DNA of 48,206 nt from an uncultured Nitrososphaerota archaeon (GCA_964618805.1 CAZUBM010000015.1:1-48206), one strand, 5' to 3'; positions 19,654 through 30,357 are shown, counted from the stretch's first letter. Notes: generated by a model from the sequence alone, not told the origin. Made by a program: numbers and translations.

Positions 19654-20352
19654 TCACAAACGCTCATTGTAATATCTGGGATTATGATACCCGCTATACA
19701 AAGAGGCTACGGGGTTGTGCCCAGTTACCCTGTCTTTGACTATTAATGTCGTTACTGGTGCCTTAGAGTACTTGGTGAACAATATATCGTGACCTATACA
19801 AAGGCCCACTATTATGTTTAGATCAACGTTCTCTGAGTTAAGCACTTCTGCTTGAACTATCGGGTTGCAACCAGCCTCGAACCTGTTAAGGTCTCCGTAT
19901 AAACTAATTATTTTGTGCTCTTTTGGCACTCCTAGCTCAGTTTTATCAATCCCTCCACACTTACAACGGACAGAGCAAACCTCAAACCCAGCTTTTTCAA
20001 GTATCTCAACCACTCTTCGCGCTTCGTCACTTAAGCCAGTACAAAAAGCAACACCTAGCTTTTTCCATCCCATCATCTCAGAGAACTTAATGATCTCAAG
20101 CATTCTAGGCCTGACGCTAATTATCCTTCCCCTTACCACTTGATATGCTTGCTTCTCAGTGATCGTCGAGTTCAGGTAAAGTAGCCTATTATCTTCCTCC
20201 TTATACTTCTCTACGGCTTTCCTAATGATTTCTTGTTTGTTTTTCATGGGACAAAAATTGGGAAGGAGTTCTTCTTTCCACTCTCCTTTCCTACAATAGG
20301 GTTCAGGACATCTGGCACAGTCTGGACTTGTCAACATAACACACCCCAGCAC
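19654..20352 (-). CDS. DUF1847 family Cys-rich metal-binding protein
   Basis: GVAFCTGL, CKCGGIDK, CNPIVQA, GLCIGHD, VKDRVTGHNP. Confidence 0.9.
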   Translation of the reverse strand: MLGCVMLTSPDCARCPEPYCRKGEWKEELLPNFCPMKNKQEIIRKAVEKYKEEDNRLLYLNSTITEKQAYQVVRGRIISVRPRMLEIIKFSEMMGWKKLGVAFCTGLSDEARRVVEILEKAGFEVCSVRCKCGGIDKTELGVPKEHKIISLYGDLNRFEAGCNPIVQAEVLNSENVDLNIIVGLCIGHDILFTKYSKAPVTTLIVKDRVTGHNPVASLYSGYHNPRYYNERL

Positions 20353-20534
20353 GATGATTTTGAATCCGTTTACTTAATTGTCTTAATGGGTTAACGTCCG
20401 AATTAAAGAGACAAATTCAAAGGCTTAATGAAATGCGCATCTATGCTTGGTATATGATGTTCTTGCCCATTTGATGTTTTCCACACCCAGTTCTTGGGTT
20501 TTTAAAGTATCCAAAAGCGAAAAGTTGGAACAAC

Positions 20535-21208
20535 ATGAGCTTTAGAGTGGGAATCGATGTTGGCGGAACTTTCACTGATATTTTGGTTCTTAACGAACAA
20601 AATGGAGAAATAATCGCTACAAAAGTCCCGTCTACTCCAGAAGACCAATCCATAGGAGTTGTAAGTGCCATCAAAAAATTAGGAGAAAAGTTCCCATATG
20701 AGAACCTCTCTTTTCTGGTCCATGGAACGACGGTAGCAACCAACGCATTGCTGAAAGAAAGGGTGCGAGGACAGCTCTTGTGGTAACGGAGGGATTCAGG
20801 GACATCTTATACATAGGCAGGCAAACGAGACCCCATTTATACAGCGAGTGGGTTATGAAGCCCGAACCCCCAGTTCCTCGATACCTCACCTTTAAGATAC
20901 CTGAACGAATGAGATACGAGGGAGAGGTCATCAAAGAATTGGACGTAGAAAAAGCCAAGGAGGTAATTGAGAGGTTAAAGAGTTTAAAGGTGAAATCCGT
21001 TGCAATCTGCTTCCTTCACTCTTACGTGAATCCTTCACACGAAAGAAAGTTCGCAGAACTCCTGAAGAAGGAAGCACCTGAGATTAGGGTCTCCATATCC
21101 TCTGATATAATGGCAGAGTTTACCATAGAAAGTGCCGATAGCTACCTCAGGATTGAAATTGAAGATTTCAACGGCAAAAGGGCTTGGACAAACAAGGTCT
21201 TCAGGTGA
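20535..21208 (+). pseudogene. hyuA: Hydantoinase/oxoprolinase A N-terminal third, frameshifted and fused to a foreign C-terminus
   Basis: GIDVGGTFTD, HGTTVATNA, TEGFRD, CFLHSYVNPSHE; after SSDIMAEF it switches to YLRIEIEDFNGKRAWTN (PHP/CehA-McbA-like tail). Confidence 0.85.
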
Positions 21209-21310
21209 CCCGATTAAAGGGAATAGGTACCAAGATATTGCTCTTTACACGAATAGATGTGGTCTGAAAATGATTAAGGAGACATGATCTCAGTAAATGA
21301 GAGCTTGAAT

Positions 21311-21766
21311 CTACTCCTTGCTAATGTCTAGCACTTCAGCGTTCTGATATTCAACGATTATTCTTGGATCAAGCTTTGAAAGTCTGTCTATGCGTCCACC
21401 TCCTCCGATAACATAAGTGTTGCTAAGAACTCTCTTATCGACCACGGTCTTTATTTTCAATCCCACTGGAGGGACCTCCCCTATCCTATATCCTGTTATG
21501 GACAAGACTTCATCAGGATTTGCCAACCTACAAGAACCAAAGAGTTTTGAAAGTTTCTCTACATCAGCCTTGGTGTCACCTTCAACTATGGCTAGTACTG
21601 GACCTATTTTCTCCGAAATAAGAACCAGTGATTTTATTATCTGTTTTGGGCTTGATTTTGTATGTTTGGCTGCCTGTGCCACTGTTTTGACCGGTTTTCC
21701 AACATCTATTATTTCTCCACCAAGTTTTTCTATCAAGTTCTCGAACTCGTTTTGACCCATAGTCAT
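21311..21766 (-). CDS. YbaK/EbsC aminoacyl-tRNA deacylase family
   Basis: QIIKSLV, TGYRIGEVPPVG, GGG. Confidence 0.9.
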   Translation of the reverse strand: MTMGQNEFENLIEKLGGEIIDVGKPVKTVAQAAKHTKSSPKQIIKSLVLISEKIGPVLAIVEGDTKADVEKLSKLFGSCRLANPDEVLSITGYRIGEVPPVGLKIKTVVDKRVLSNTYVIGGGGRIDRLSKLDPRIIVEYQNAEVLDISKE

Positions 21767-22240
21767 CCACCTAATTCGAGAACGACTAGCTTATTCTCTA
21801 CACTCTTTTGGTCTCCTCTTTTAACTCTTTCTAAGCTAGTAATTTTTGTTCTTCCCACAAGAGAAAAAGTGCTGCGCTAACTTGTATCAAGGTAGTTAGC
21901 TTGCTACATGAGTTTTTCTTGCTTTTTAGGCATTACGTTCGTTTCTTGGTACATAATAAGCTGAACAAACACGAATTTCCAAAAATTGATTATCGTCTTG
22001 TTTGGAATATGATAAGTGGGTTGATGGACAATGGCTTATGTCATCATTTGATGCCAAAGGGGGGTAATGATATTATGATGTTGCTTCAGGCCATCTTTTG
22101 AAGGGTCAATGATTTAATGGTGTTTGAAAACGCTTCATCTTGCAATTAAAATGCTTTTTGGAGATTATAAAATGAAATACCGTTAGTAAGGCAAGTTTGC
22201 ATATCTTATGAGGGCCGAAAAGGCAATTTTTCTATTATTT

Positions 22241-22712
22241 TTAAGATTTCTTCCCAGTCATATATTCTATGTCGATCCTTCCGATCAGAACCTTACCCAG
22301 ATCCTGACTAGAAAGCTTCGATATGAGAGCCTCTGGGTTGCTGTCAAGGTGTCTTATCGTACATACAATGGCGCGTCGCTTCTCATTGGATCGTTGACAA
22401 AGGTAACTTTCCCGGAAAAATGCACAGAGGCATATAGGTGGTCACAATAATTGCCCCTTGAATAACCAAAATCCAAGAGCACTTGGCCCCATACTCTGTT
22501 GTTTTCCCTGAGGTAATCCAATTTTTTGCCCTCCTGCGCACAGTGAAAGTATATTCTGTGTTCTCCTCATCATAACCATAGCTTAGCGATACAAGGTAGG
22601 GCTCATTATGCCTGCACATAGCTATGGTTACGAACTTCGCTGACTTCAAGATCTTCTTAAGGATGGTTAAATCAGTTATCTCCTTGTCCTTCCTTCCGAC
22701 GTGATACTTCAT
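22241..22712 (-). pseudogene. Pyridoxamine 5'-phosphate oxidase/NimA-like flavin-binding protein, frameshifted
   Basis: RKDKEI, EPYLVSLSYGY; shifted frames give YFHCAQEGKKLD, YASV, IEYMTGKKS. Confidence 0.85.
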
Positions 22713-22933
22713 AAGTTCAAATACCCTCAGGAATCGGTATGTGAATTATTAAAACGATGAACACTAAAAGAGAGGAAAGCAGCAGGCGTATGGGAGATCA
22801 CTCATTCTTCTTGGCCCATATCCACGGATGTCGCTATCCACACGTCATCAGCTTTGTAACAAGCATATACATGAGCCATTATTTAATAAGACGTTATCTT
22901 TGACCTCTTTGACACACTAACGTTGATCTTACC

Positions 22934-23165
22934 TTAAAACTGTCGATACTTAGTTAATCTGCGTAAGGTCACTCTTTCAGGATCTATTTCTTTTCTAATC
23001 AACCTGATTTCATCTATTGTTGGCTCTGGAGTCTCTTTAGCTCTTGAAAAATCGAGAGGAAATCCAGTCTCGTCTTGGATCATCTCCTGACTTACTCCAG
23101 GATGTATCTCCGCCAGCGCGCGCCATAATCTTGTCTTCAACTTCTTTTTCGACTTTCTTTGTCAT
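22934..23165 (-). pseudogene. CoA-transferase beta-subunit remnant (internal deletion plus +4 GCGC frameshift)
   Basis: LAEIHPGVSQEMIQDETGF...ETPEPTIDEIRLIRKEIDP C-terminal motif; only about 75 codons remain. Confidence 0.75.
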
Positions 23166-23342
23166 CTAAAATCTCCCATCTCATTGTAAATCATCCTAGG
23201 TAAAATCATTTAAAGACAAGGGATGAGGCGAGCTCTATCCTTTTAATTTCATATTAACAAATTCCATAAAAAGATTTCAAGATTCAAAGCTAAATAAAGC
23301 CTAATAATAGCGCTAAGATCATTTAATGCTTGATTTATTATC

Positions 23343-24293
23343 TTACTTTCTAGCTTTCAGGACTCTTTCGTGATCTATCTTGAGGCTGTCTGAGAAGTAG
23401 AAGATTAGCGTCTTATATCTGCTAGCTTCAACGAACCCTAGGCTCTTGTAGAGATGAATGGCTGGCTTATTTTTCACATGAACGCGCAGCCTAGCTCTCT
23501 GACATCCAGCTTTCTTTAATTGATTTAAGACGAATAGCATGATCTTCCTTCCATATCCCTTTCCTCTCTGTCTTTTATCAACGCCTATGTTGCTAATTTG
23601 TCCAGTCCTGGGATTAAAATTGACTATCCCTATTATTTCGTCATTTTTCTTAACCAAGTAAAATTTCTCCATAGCATAGTAGAAATCCAAGAATTCTTTC
23701 GGCAGCTCATGGAGATGCCTTAGTGCTATCGTTAGCGTAACATCTGGAGATGCTTGAAGGAAGGTCTCGGCCAATTTTATGAATTCCAACATCCCTTGCC
23801 TGTGAATCTGCTGAAATCGAAGTTTCTCCCTCGGCTCAAATTCTTTTTCAGTAAGGTTACAGACTATCACATATGCATCGTCGATTTCCCTGAAACCCAT
23901 GCTCTCAAAAAGAGCAATCGCCTTCTCCTCCGAAGAGGGCAAAACTGCTGATGCATAAGCCACATTGGATTTTGAAGCGAGATCTAGCGCTTCTTTTACG
24001 AAAGTTTTGACCTTATCCTCTGGTTGACTTGGGTCCACTAGGTGCATCATTGCTAGAGGAGTTCCGATTGGAGCGAGCAACTGCACAGGTTCCTTACCTA
24101 GGGCAATTATCCCTATCGGTCTTGTGTCTTCAGCGAAAACCCAATATGGCATGTTCATTATCTCGGCCTGCTTCGTGTACTTCGAAACCTTTTCCAAAAT
24201 GGGTCTTGCTGCTGGATCTGTATGAGAATAAAGCTTCGTAAGATCACCCTTAAATTGGTGAGTTATGTCATATGGAGAAGATTTAAACATCAA
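23343..24293 (-). CDS. GNAT family N-acetyltransferase (tandem domains)
   Basis: IGVDKRQRGKGYG, NKPAIHLYKSLGF; second degenerate domain (LFESMGF). Confidence 0.9.
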   Translation of the reverse strand: MMFKSSPYDITHQFKGDLTKLYSHTDPAARPILEKVSKYTKQAEIMNMPYWVFAEDTRPIGIIALGKEPVQLLAPIGTPLAMMHLVDPSQPEDKVKTFVKEALDLASKSNVAYASAVLPSSEEKAIALFESMGFREIDDAYVIVCNLTEKEFEPREKLRFQQIHRQGMLEFIKLAETFLQASPDVTLTIALRHLHELPKEFLDFYYAMEKFYLVKKNDEIIGIVNFNPRTGQISNIGVDKRQRGKGYGRKIMLFVLNQLKKAGCQRARLRVHVKNKPAIHLYKSLGFVEASRYKTLIFYFSDSLKIDHERVLKARK

Positions 24294-24522
24294 TCCCGAA
24301 GGATGTTTCTTCCCACAAGATCAAGCCCTGACTCTTTCTATAGGAGCTTTTTGCTGCCTCGCAATGAACAGCACCCTGAAGAAGTTGATTTCAGTTAACC
24401 CAATTTATCAAGAGAAATTTCTTCATTGAAGGAACTTAGAACTGCAAAACTCTTCGGCAGAATTATTTATTTTACTTTTACAAGTGGTTCATGGGACACA
24501 AGTGTTTAAGGAGGAGGCATCC

Positions 24523-26376
24523 ATGTCCATACCCCCTGAAGATGATAGTTTTCTGGATGCTCTGTTATCTATCCCATCAATACTCAATTTTCGAATATCT
24601 AAAGACTCTAAATATGTCGCTTATACGTGGAAAAATATCCATCCAAACCTAGACGTCTTTATAGTCCCCACTGATGGGTCTTCTAGGCCCATGGCTATTA
24701 CAGAGACCCCAGAGGCAACATTTGTAGTCAGCTTTGCTCCTGACTCTAAGTCTGTGATAGTTGGAGAAGACAAAAACAGAAACGAGCGAGTAAGATTGTT
24801 CGAGGTCAAACTAGATGAACCAAAGCAAATGATCCCCTTAACTCGAGAGAATCCGCCTTTCTTCTTAAGAGGAGGAGCAATGCACCCAAACAGAAGATGG
24901 CTTGTTTATGGAGCCAACTATGACTTTGAGAGAGGAAAGGAAATTGAGCCCACCTGGGTTTATAGGCAAGACCTTAGAACTGGAGAAATCATAGCTTTAG
25001 CAAAACCAAAGAAGCCTACCTGGCTCTATCCCCAGCTTAACAACCAAGGAACGCATGTGTTATACAATAGAAAGGAGCTTCATCCCAAGGGAGATCAGTA
25101 CTGGCTAGTTGATATTGAAGGGAAGGAAGATAGGGAAATACTCAATTTCGGACCTAAGGCTAGGGTTCAGGCAACTTGGTTGCCCGACGGTAGGCATGTC
25201 GCGTTCATCACTGAGACCAAGGGTGGTAAATTTCAGAAGTACTACTCCTTGGGAATTTACGACATCGAAAGCGGAGTGATAGATTGGGTTATCGATGACC
25301 CAAAGAGAAACATTGAGAGGATATATAGTCCAATAAACGGAAACCATCTCGTAGTACTGGAATATAAGAAGGCGAGAGTAAGGCCATCAATAATCGACTT
25401 GAAGAGCATGGATGAAAGAGTCCTGCCTAGAATAAGAGGTTCTCTTATACCCATAGGTCCTGTTTCAGATGAAGAGTGGGTTGGACTATACTACTCATCC
25501 ACCCAGCCAGATGAAATCGTCAGATTTAACGTGAACGAAGTTAACGTCTCCAGCTTTCAATCGTTAACCCACGTTTGGGAAAGAACCAAGGTCAGGCCTG
25601 AACAACTTACTCAAGCAGAAGATTTTGAATGGAAGGCCAAGGATGGCCTGAATATTCATGGATGGCTCTACCGTCCAAAGAGACCCAGCAAGAAAGCCAT
25701 AATCTACGTTCACGGAGGGCCTACCGCCCATGTTAGGGATGCCATTTATCCGCAGATCCAATACCTAGTCTCTAGAGGATTCAACGTCCTAGCACCAAAT
25801 TACAGGGGTTCAACTGGTTACGGAGTAGAATTTGAGGATCTCATAAGAGTTAACGGGTGGGGGAGTGACGAGCAAGAAGACATTTGGGCCGGAATTAGAG
25901 CACTAATTGAGAGAGGAATAGCAGAAGAAGGAAAGATAGGGATTACTGGGACGAGTTACGGTGGCTACTCGAGTTGGTATGCCATTACTAAGGCCCCAGA
26001 CCTTGTTTCTGCAGCAGTTCCCATTTGCGGAATGACGGACTTGGTGGTTGATTACAAGACAACTCGCCCAGATCTGCGTCCTTATTCAGAAGAAATGCTT
26101 GGAGGAAGTCCTGAAGAGGTTCCTGAACGATACTATGAGCGTTCTCCAATAAACTTCATCCATCAAATCAAGGGCAAGCTTTTGATAGTTCAAGGAGCTC
26201 AGGACCCAAATGTCACGCCTAAGAACGTGGAAGAAGTGATAAAAAGGCTAGATGCGGAAGGAATTGAATACGAACTGCTTACTTTTGAAGATGAAGGCCA
26301 TGGCATACTGAAGACCAAGAACCAGAAAGTTCTCTTCAAGAAAATGGCAGATTTCTTTTCCAAAGCCTTAAAGTAA
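24523..26376 (+). CDS. S9 family peptidase (acylaminoacyl/dipeptidyl peptidase)
   Basis: HGGP, NYRGSTGYG, GTSYGG nucleophile, QGAQDPNV, DEGHG; ATG 24523 follows GGAGG. Confidence 0.95.
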   Translation: MSIPPEDDSFLDALLSIPSILNFRISKDSKYVAYTWKNIHPNLDVFIVPTDGSSRPMAITETPEATFVVSFAPDSKSVIVGEDKNRNERVRLFEVKLDEPKQMIPLTRENPPFFLRGGAMHPNRRWLVYGANYDFERGKEIEPTWVYRQDLRTGEIIALAKPKKPTWLYPQLNNQGTHVLYNRKELHPKGDQYWLVDIEGKEDREILNFGPKARVQATWLPDGRHVAFITETKGGKFQKYYSLGIYDIESGVIDWVIDDPKRNIERIYSPINGNHLVVLEYKKARVRPSIIDLKSMDERVLPRIRGSLIPIGPVSDEEWVGLYYSSTQPDEIVRFNVNEVNVSSFQSLTHVWERTKVRPEQLTQAEDFEWKAKDGLNIHGWLYRPKRPSKKAIIYVHGGPTAHVRDAIYPQIQYLVSRGFNVLAPNYRGSTGYGVEFEDLIRVNGWGSDEQEDIWAGIRALIERGIAEEGKIGITGTSYGGYSSWYAITKAPDLVSAAVPICGMTDLVVDYKTTRPDLRPYSEEMLGGSPEEVPERYYERSPINFIHQIKGKLLIVQGAQDPNVTPKNVEEVIKRLDAEGIEYELLTFEDEGHGILKTKNQKVLFKKMADFFSKALK

Positions 26377-26464
26377 ATCCACCTACAGATCCTTTTTGTT
26401 CTTAAAGTACATAGTGATGAATGGATCCATAAACTAGTGGGAAACAGTAAAAGAGGCAGGACGA

Positions 26465-27703
26465 ATGACCCTTACTCATCAAATTAAGCTTCCAAGAGGA
26501 TTTGACAGGGACTTAAAACTAGTTCTCGCATCACTTGCATGTAGAAGGGTCGTTATGGGCTTCCTTGAGGTGGTAAGAGCGATTTATTTCGCACTTTTGG
26601 GTCTTAGCCCTGTCCAGATAGGCATACTTTTTACTATTCCCATAGCTCTTGGAGCAGTTCGATCCGTTCTCTTCGGATTATTAGCAGATAGATACGGGAG
26701 GAAGACATTCATAGTCATTGGAAACATATTTTCAACTCTAAGGCTTGTTATTTACATATTTTCAAAGGAATACAGGATGTTAGCCCTTGCTCAGGCCATT
26801 GGAGCATTTGGAGAAGGTGGAGGGCCCGGACAACCATCTGTTTCGGCTCTTATTGCAGACAAGACCCCTCCAAAAACTAGAACGCAGGTATTTAGCACTT
26901 TAGCTTTCACAAATGCAGCTGCTGCAACTCTAGGCTCAATGATGGCTGGTCTCCCTGCTTTCTTTGAAAAGAACCTCAACTTCGCAACAATTCCCTCATA
27001 TGAGCTTCTGTTCTGGATAGGAGTAATTTTCTCGGCATTAGCAACATTTTTGGTTCTTCCAATAATGGAGAAAAGGCCAAAAGAGGGGCTAGAGGCTAAA
27101 GTTCGTGGTCTATTCCCGAAGAAGTCCTGGGGCGTTATAGGGAAGTTTTCTCTAGTTAGATGCGTCGGAGGCCTTGGCTTTGGGATGATAAGCCCCTTGC
27201 TCCCGCTGTACTTTTACATGAAGTTTTCAACGGGACCTGAGGTTCTCGGTCCTTTTTATGCGATATCCAGGTTCCTCTCCATGTTCTCTTACCTTTTTGT
27301 TGATAAGATAGTCTTGATAATGGGAGAGGTTGGCAGCATAGTGATGTCTCGCCTACTTTCGCTAATTGGAATTTTACTGCTGCCTTTAGCGCCAAATTAC
27401 TATGTAGGAGGTGCTTTAGTAATTTTGTTTAGAACCATCCTCCTGTTTACCATGCCGGTGAGGCAGTCTTTCATCACTTTAATAGTCGATCTATCAGAAA
27501 GCGCATCTGCAGTTGGGATAAGCAACACTGCAAGAATGGCAATCAGGTCGGTGGCTCCTACTATTGCTGGCTACATGTTTGAGAGCATTAGCTTGAACCT
27601 ACCGTTTTTCCTAGGTGGTATGCTGGTAGGATTGAATGCCCTTCTATATCATGTCTTTTTTGGAAGAAAAGAGGTTAGTGGCAGCAGAACACATAACCGC
27701 TAA
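26465..27703 (+). CDS. MFS transporter
   Basis: GLLADRYGRK motif A; about 12 TM. Confidence 0.93.
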   Translation: MTLTHQIKLPRGFDRDLKLVLASLACRRVVMGFLEVVRAIYFALLGLSPVQIGILFTIPIALGAVRSVLFGLLADRYGRKTFIVIGNIFSTLRLVIYIFSKEYRMLALAQAIGAFGEGGGPGQPSVSALIADKTPPKTRTQVFSTLAFTNAAAATLGSMMAGLPAFFEKNLNFATIPSYELLFWIGVIFSALATFLVLPIMEKRPKEGLEAKVRGLFPKKSWGVIGKFSLVRCVGGLGFGMISPLLPLYFYMKFSTGPEVLGPFYAISRFLSMFSYLFVDKIVLIMGEVGSIVMSRLLSLIGILLLPLAPNYYVGGALVILFRTILLFTMPVRQSFITLIVDLSESASAVGISNTARMAIRSVAPTIAGYMFESISLNLPFFLGGMLVGLNALLYHVFFGRKEVSGSRTHNR

Positions 27704-27864
27704 TTTTTTGTGATTTAAGCTCAATAAACCGAGATCAACCAATTAGTTCGTTGCTTATTGTTCATAAGGATTTCCCAACATAATTAGATAAAGTATCACT
27801 TTTGCAAGTTTAAACTTGGACATACTCAAATCTCTGAGGTTCGTTTTATTTGGGGTCTCAGTTT

Positions 27865-28245
27865 ATGGGTTCTCGAATAGTTGATCTAATGAACAAAGCA
27901 GTTCAATATGCATTGGAGATTGGAAACCTGAGGAAGTCCTAAGAGAAATTAAAGAGGGAATATACACAATAGATACCGGTGGAGGGCATATCGAAGCCAC
28001 TGGAACCTTCCTATTTAAGGCCGTCAGGGGATACTGGGTTGAAAAAGGTGAGCTAGTATCCCTCGCAAGACGGTTCTTACCGGAAACATGCTTGAACTCC
28101 TCAAAAAGGTCGATGTGGTCTGTGATGACCTAGAGATATCCAGCACTCCGTTTGGAGGTTTCGGAAAGATGGATCAGAATGTTTTCGTTGGAGCGGGGGA
28201 CCTGATATAAGGGTAAGCGAAGTACTCTTCGGAGGTGCTCGTTAG
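27865..28245 (+). pseudogene. tldD: TldD remnant with large internal deletion
   Basis: About 20 N-terminal codons joined to GDWKPEEVLREIKEGIY...TGTFLF...GYWVEKGE...GFGKMDQ...GGP. Confidence 0.8.
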
Positions 28246-28247
28246 AG

Positions 28248-28785
28248 ATGGAGGAACTGTTGAAGGTAGGAAATAAGACCGTAAGTTATGCTGAGAAACT
28301 TGGAGCCGATGAGGGGTGTCCGAGGCAGAAGACATTGATAATTGAGAAAGGAGTGCTCCATAGCTATTTATACGATAATTATGCTGCTAAAACGAGAGGG
28401 AAGAGAGAGCACAGGTAATGCCAGCAGACAGATGTTCTTTGGAGCTCCTAGTTACGCAAATCAGCCGACAATAACGCCTTCAAACCTCATGTTGATGCCT
28501 GGTAAGGGAGATCTAGAAGAATTAATGGGTGAGATAAAGGAAGGAATGCTCATTAAGGGCTCGTTGATTGGAGCTTTACATTCAAACGCCTTAACAGGAG
28601 ATTTTTCCGTTACATCTAACAATGCATTTAAGATAGAGAGCGGAGAGATCGCGTATCCCCTTAAGCCTTGCACGCTAGCTGGAAACCTTTATGAAACTTT
28701 AAACTCTGTGATAACGTGGGAAGCGACCTTAGATGCTTTGGAAGCGTCATCTGTCCGTCGATTATGGTTGAAAATGTTGTTTTTG
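28248..28785 (+). pseudogene. pmbA: PmbA/TldE remnant with large internal deletion and frameshifts
   Basis: MEELL...KLGADE joined to DEGCPRQKTLIIEKGVLHSYLYD, STGNA, TGDFSV, LAGN. Confidence 0.82.
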
Positions 28786-29058
28786 ACCAAGCTCTACTTG
28801 CCCGCTATAAACAATGTGCAATCTTTTGTCACGCGCGCGCGAGAGAAAGAAAAAATACCGTTAAAGGCGGCTCTTCGAGAGACTATTTCCATAACCACAG
28901 ATCTCGAGAACATTTGGAGAGTGAGTTCTCTATTTCTGTTCCTGTTCATGGCGCTTCTTGCCTTATCTCAGTACATGACCCTCCTTCGTTAGCAACAACT
29001 TTAACAACATCCCTAGATGGCTACTCTAGGAGAAAGAATGGCTTTAGCAAGAGTTATT

Positions 29059-30324
29059 TCATTCTCCGTGAAGTAGTCTTCTAATAGCCATCGATATGAC
29101 TAGAGCTATTGGAATGAATGCTACTGTCAAAATTCCTGCCTTTTCATGAGCAAATGCCTCAAAAACAAGTTTACCCATCTCTGTGATGTAAAAAGCTATT
29201 ATTAAGACCTCAAGCTTATGAAGGATCTCCTGTAAGTTTACCAACCTTACAAGCAGGTCTTTTGACGAAGATTGCTCCTCTAAGCTGAGTTTCTGACTCT
29301 GTATCCCAACAGACGTCCTTGCTGCATCTAGAACGGTGTTTAATTGAGCCCTTAAAGCATCAACTCTGTGTATGAAGTCTTCAAAGGGAGCTATCATCCC
29401 TTTGTAATGATCTAATTCCACTGATGAGTTAGTAGGGTATTGGAGGATGGATTCCTCATTCCAGGCCTTAAACAGGCTCTCCACCTGTCTAATAAGGCTC
29501 AGAGCCTTAACATAGTCTCTCCTCATAGCTCCGACAAGAATTGAAAGGCTGGAGAACAGAGTAGTTGTTTCCTTTAACACCGACTCTAAGCCTTCAGGCC
29601 CTATTTCAGAGTGACGGCGCATTGTTGCGAATATCTCATTTATCTTTACCTGAGTGTTCTCCTCAGAATAGTCGATTTGTTGAAAGGCAAGTTCTCGGCT
29701 GGATTTTATCTTATTAAGCCTGCCAACGCATGAGGCCAAAGTCGATAGGTCACTTATGATTCTCCAGACAGTTTTTGTTGCCTCTTCTAACTCTTGATCG
29801 AATGAAATCAGGATCACGTCTCGCTTTATGGTCCGAGGAGAGTGAACAGTCCCTTGATCCTCTAACATGATTAGGAGGCACCCTCTAACAATTCCCATGC
29901 TCCTTATATGCAGCTTCACTCCTTCTAAGTATCGTTTTAGGAGAAGTTTTGCTTCCTTTATCCCTTTAGATGATCTAACGCAAATAGTAAAGGCCGAAAT
30001 TGGGTCCTTAGTTATGATTTCCTTTAGTTCTGCAACTAACTCCTCACATTTCTCCCACTCCTCAACAAAGGATAGTTGATCCCCTTCTACAACGCTTGGA
30101 AGGATGGCAACAAAGAATAGCTGGCTTTCTTCCTCCTCAAATCCGTAAATATATGCTTCTAACCCATTTAACTCAAGTTTCACCCCTTTTTCTGGCTCTA
30201 AAGGAGAATGATATCTAAACCCGAGTTGTTCTATGATCTCCCTTACGCTTTTTGATCCCTCATCTCTCGGATGAACCATAATGCTGACAAAGCTTGGGAG
30301 GTAATTGAGAGCCTTAATGTCCAT
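29059..30324 (-). CDS. DUF3422-like / CorA-topology membrane protein (long helical region plus two C-terminal TM)
   Basis: ARTSVGIQ...LQEILHKLEVLIIAFY and two terminal TM helices resemble DUF3422 (RTRVD...LQ..VEGLS...YY). Confidence 0.55.
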   Translation of the reverse strand: MDIKALNYLPSFVSIMVHPRDEGSKSVREIIEQLGFRYHSPLEPEKGVKLELNGLEAYIYGFEEEESQLFFVAILPSVVEGDQLSFVEEWEKCEELVAELKEIITKDPISAFTICVRSSKGIKEAKLLLKRYLEGVKLHIRSMGIVRGCLLIMLEDQGTVHSPRTIKRDVILISFDQELEEATKTVWRIISDLSTLASCVGRLNKIKSSRELAFQQIDYSEENTQVKINEIFATMRRHSEIGPEGLESVLKETTTLFSSLSILVGAMRRDYVKALSLIRQVESLFKAWNEESILQYPTNSSVELDHYKGMIAPFEDFIHRVDALRAQLNTVLDAARTSVGIQSQKLSLEEQSSSKDLLVRLVNLQEILHKLEVLIIAFYITEMGKLVFEAFAHEKAGILTVAFIPIALVISMAIRRLLHGE

Positions 30325-30357
30325 GCAATCTCCTCTTTTGAGTTATAGCACGCCAAT

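Noticed and set aside
14546-28841. (GC)n tracts as integron-like or site-specific recombination cassette sites
   Set aside because: Flanks share no extended consensus, the tracts fall inside gene remnants rather than between cassettes, and no recombinase is present in the window.
28342-29084. ORF-track proteins 28342-28992 and 28716-29084 as real genes
   Set aside because: They are frameshifted pieces of the pmbA remnant running into unrelated relic DNA.
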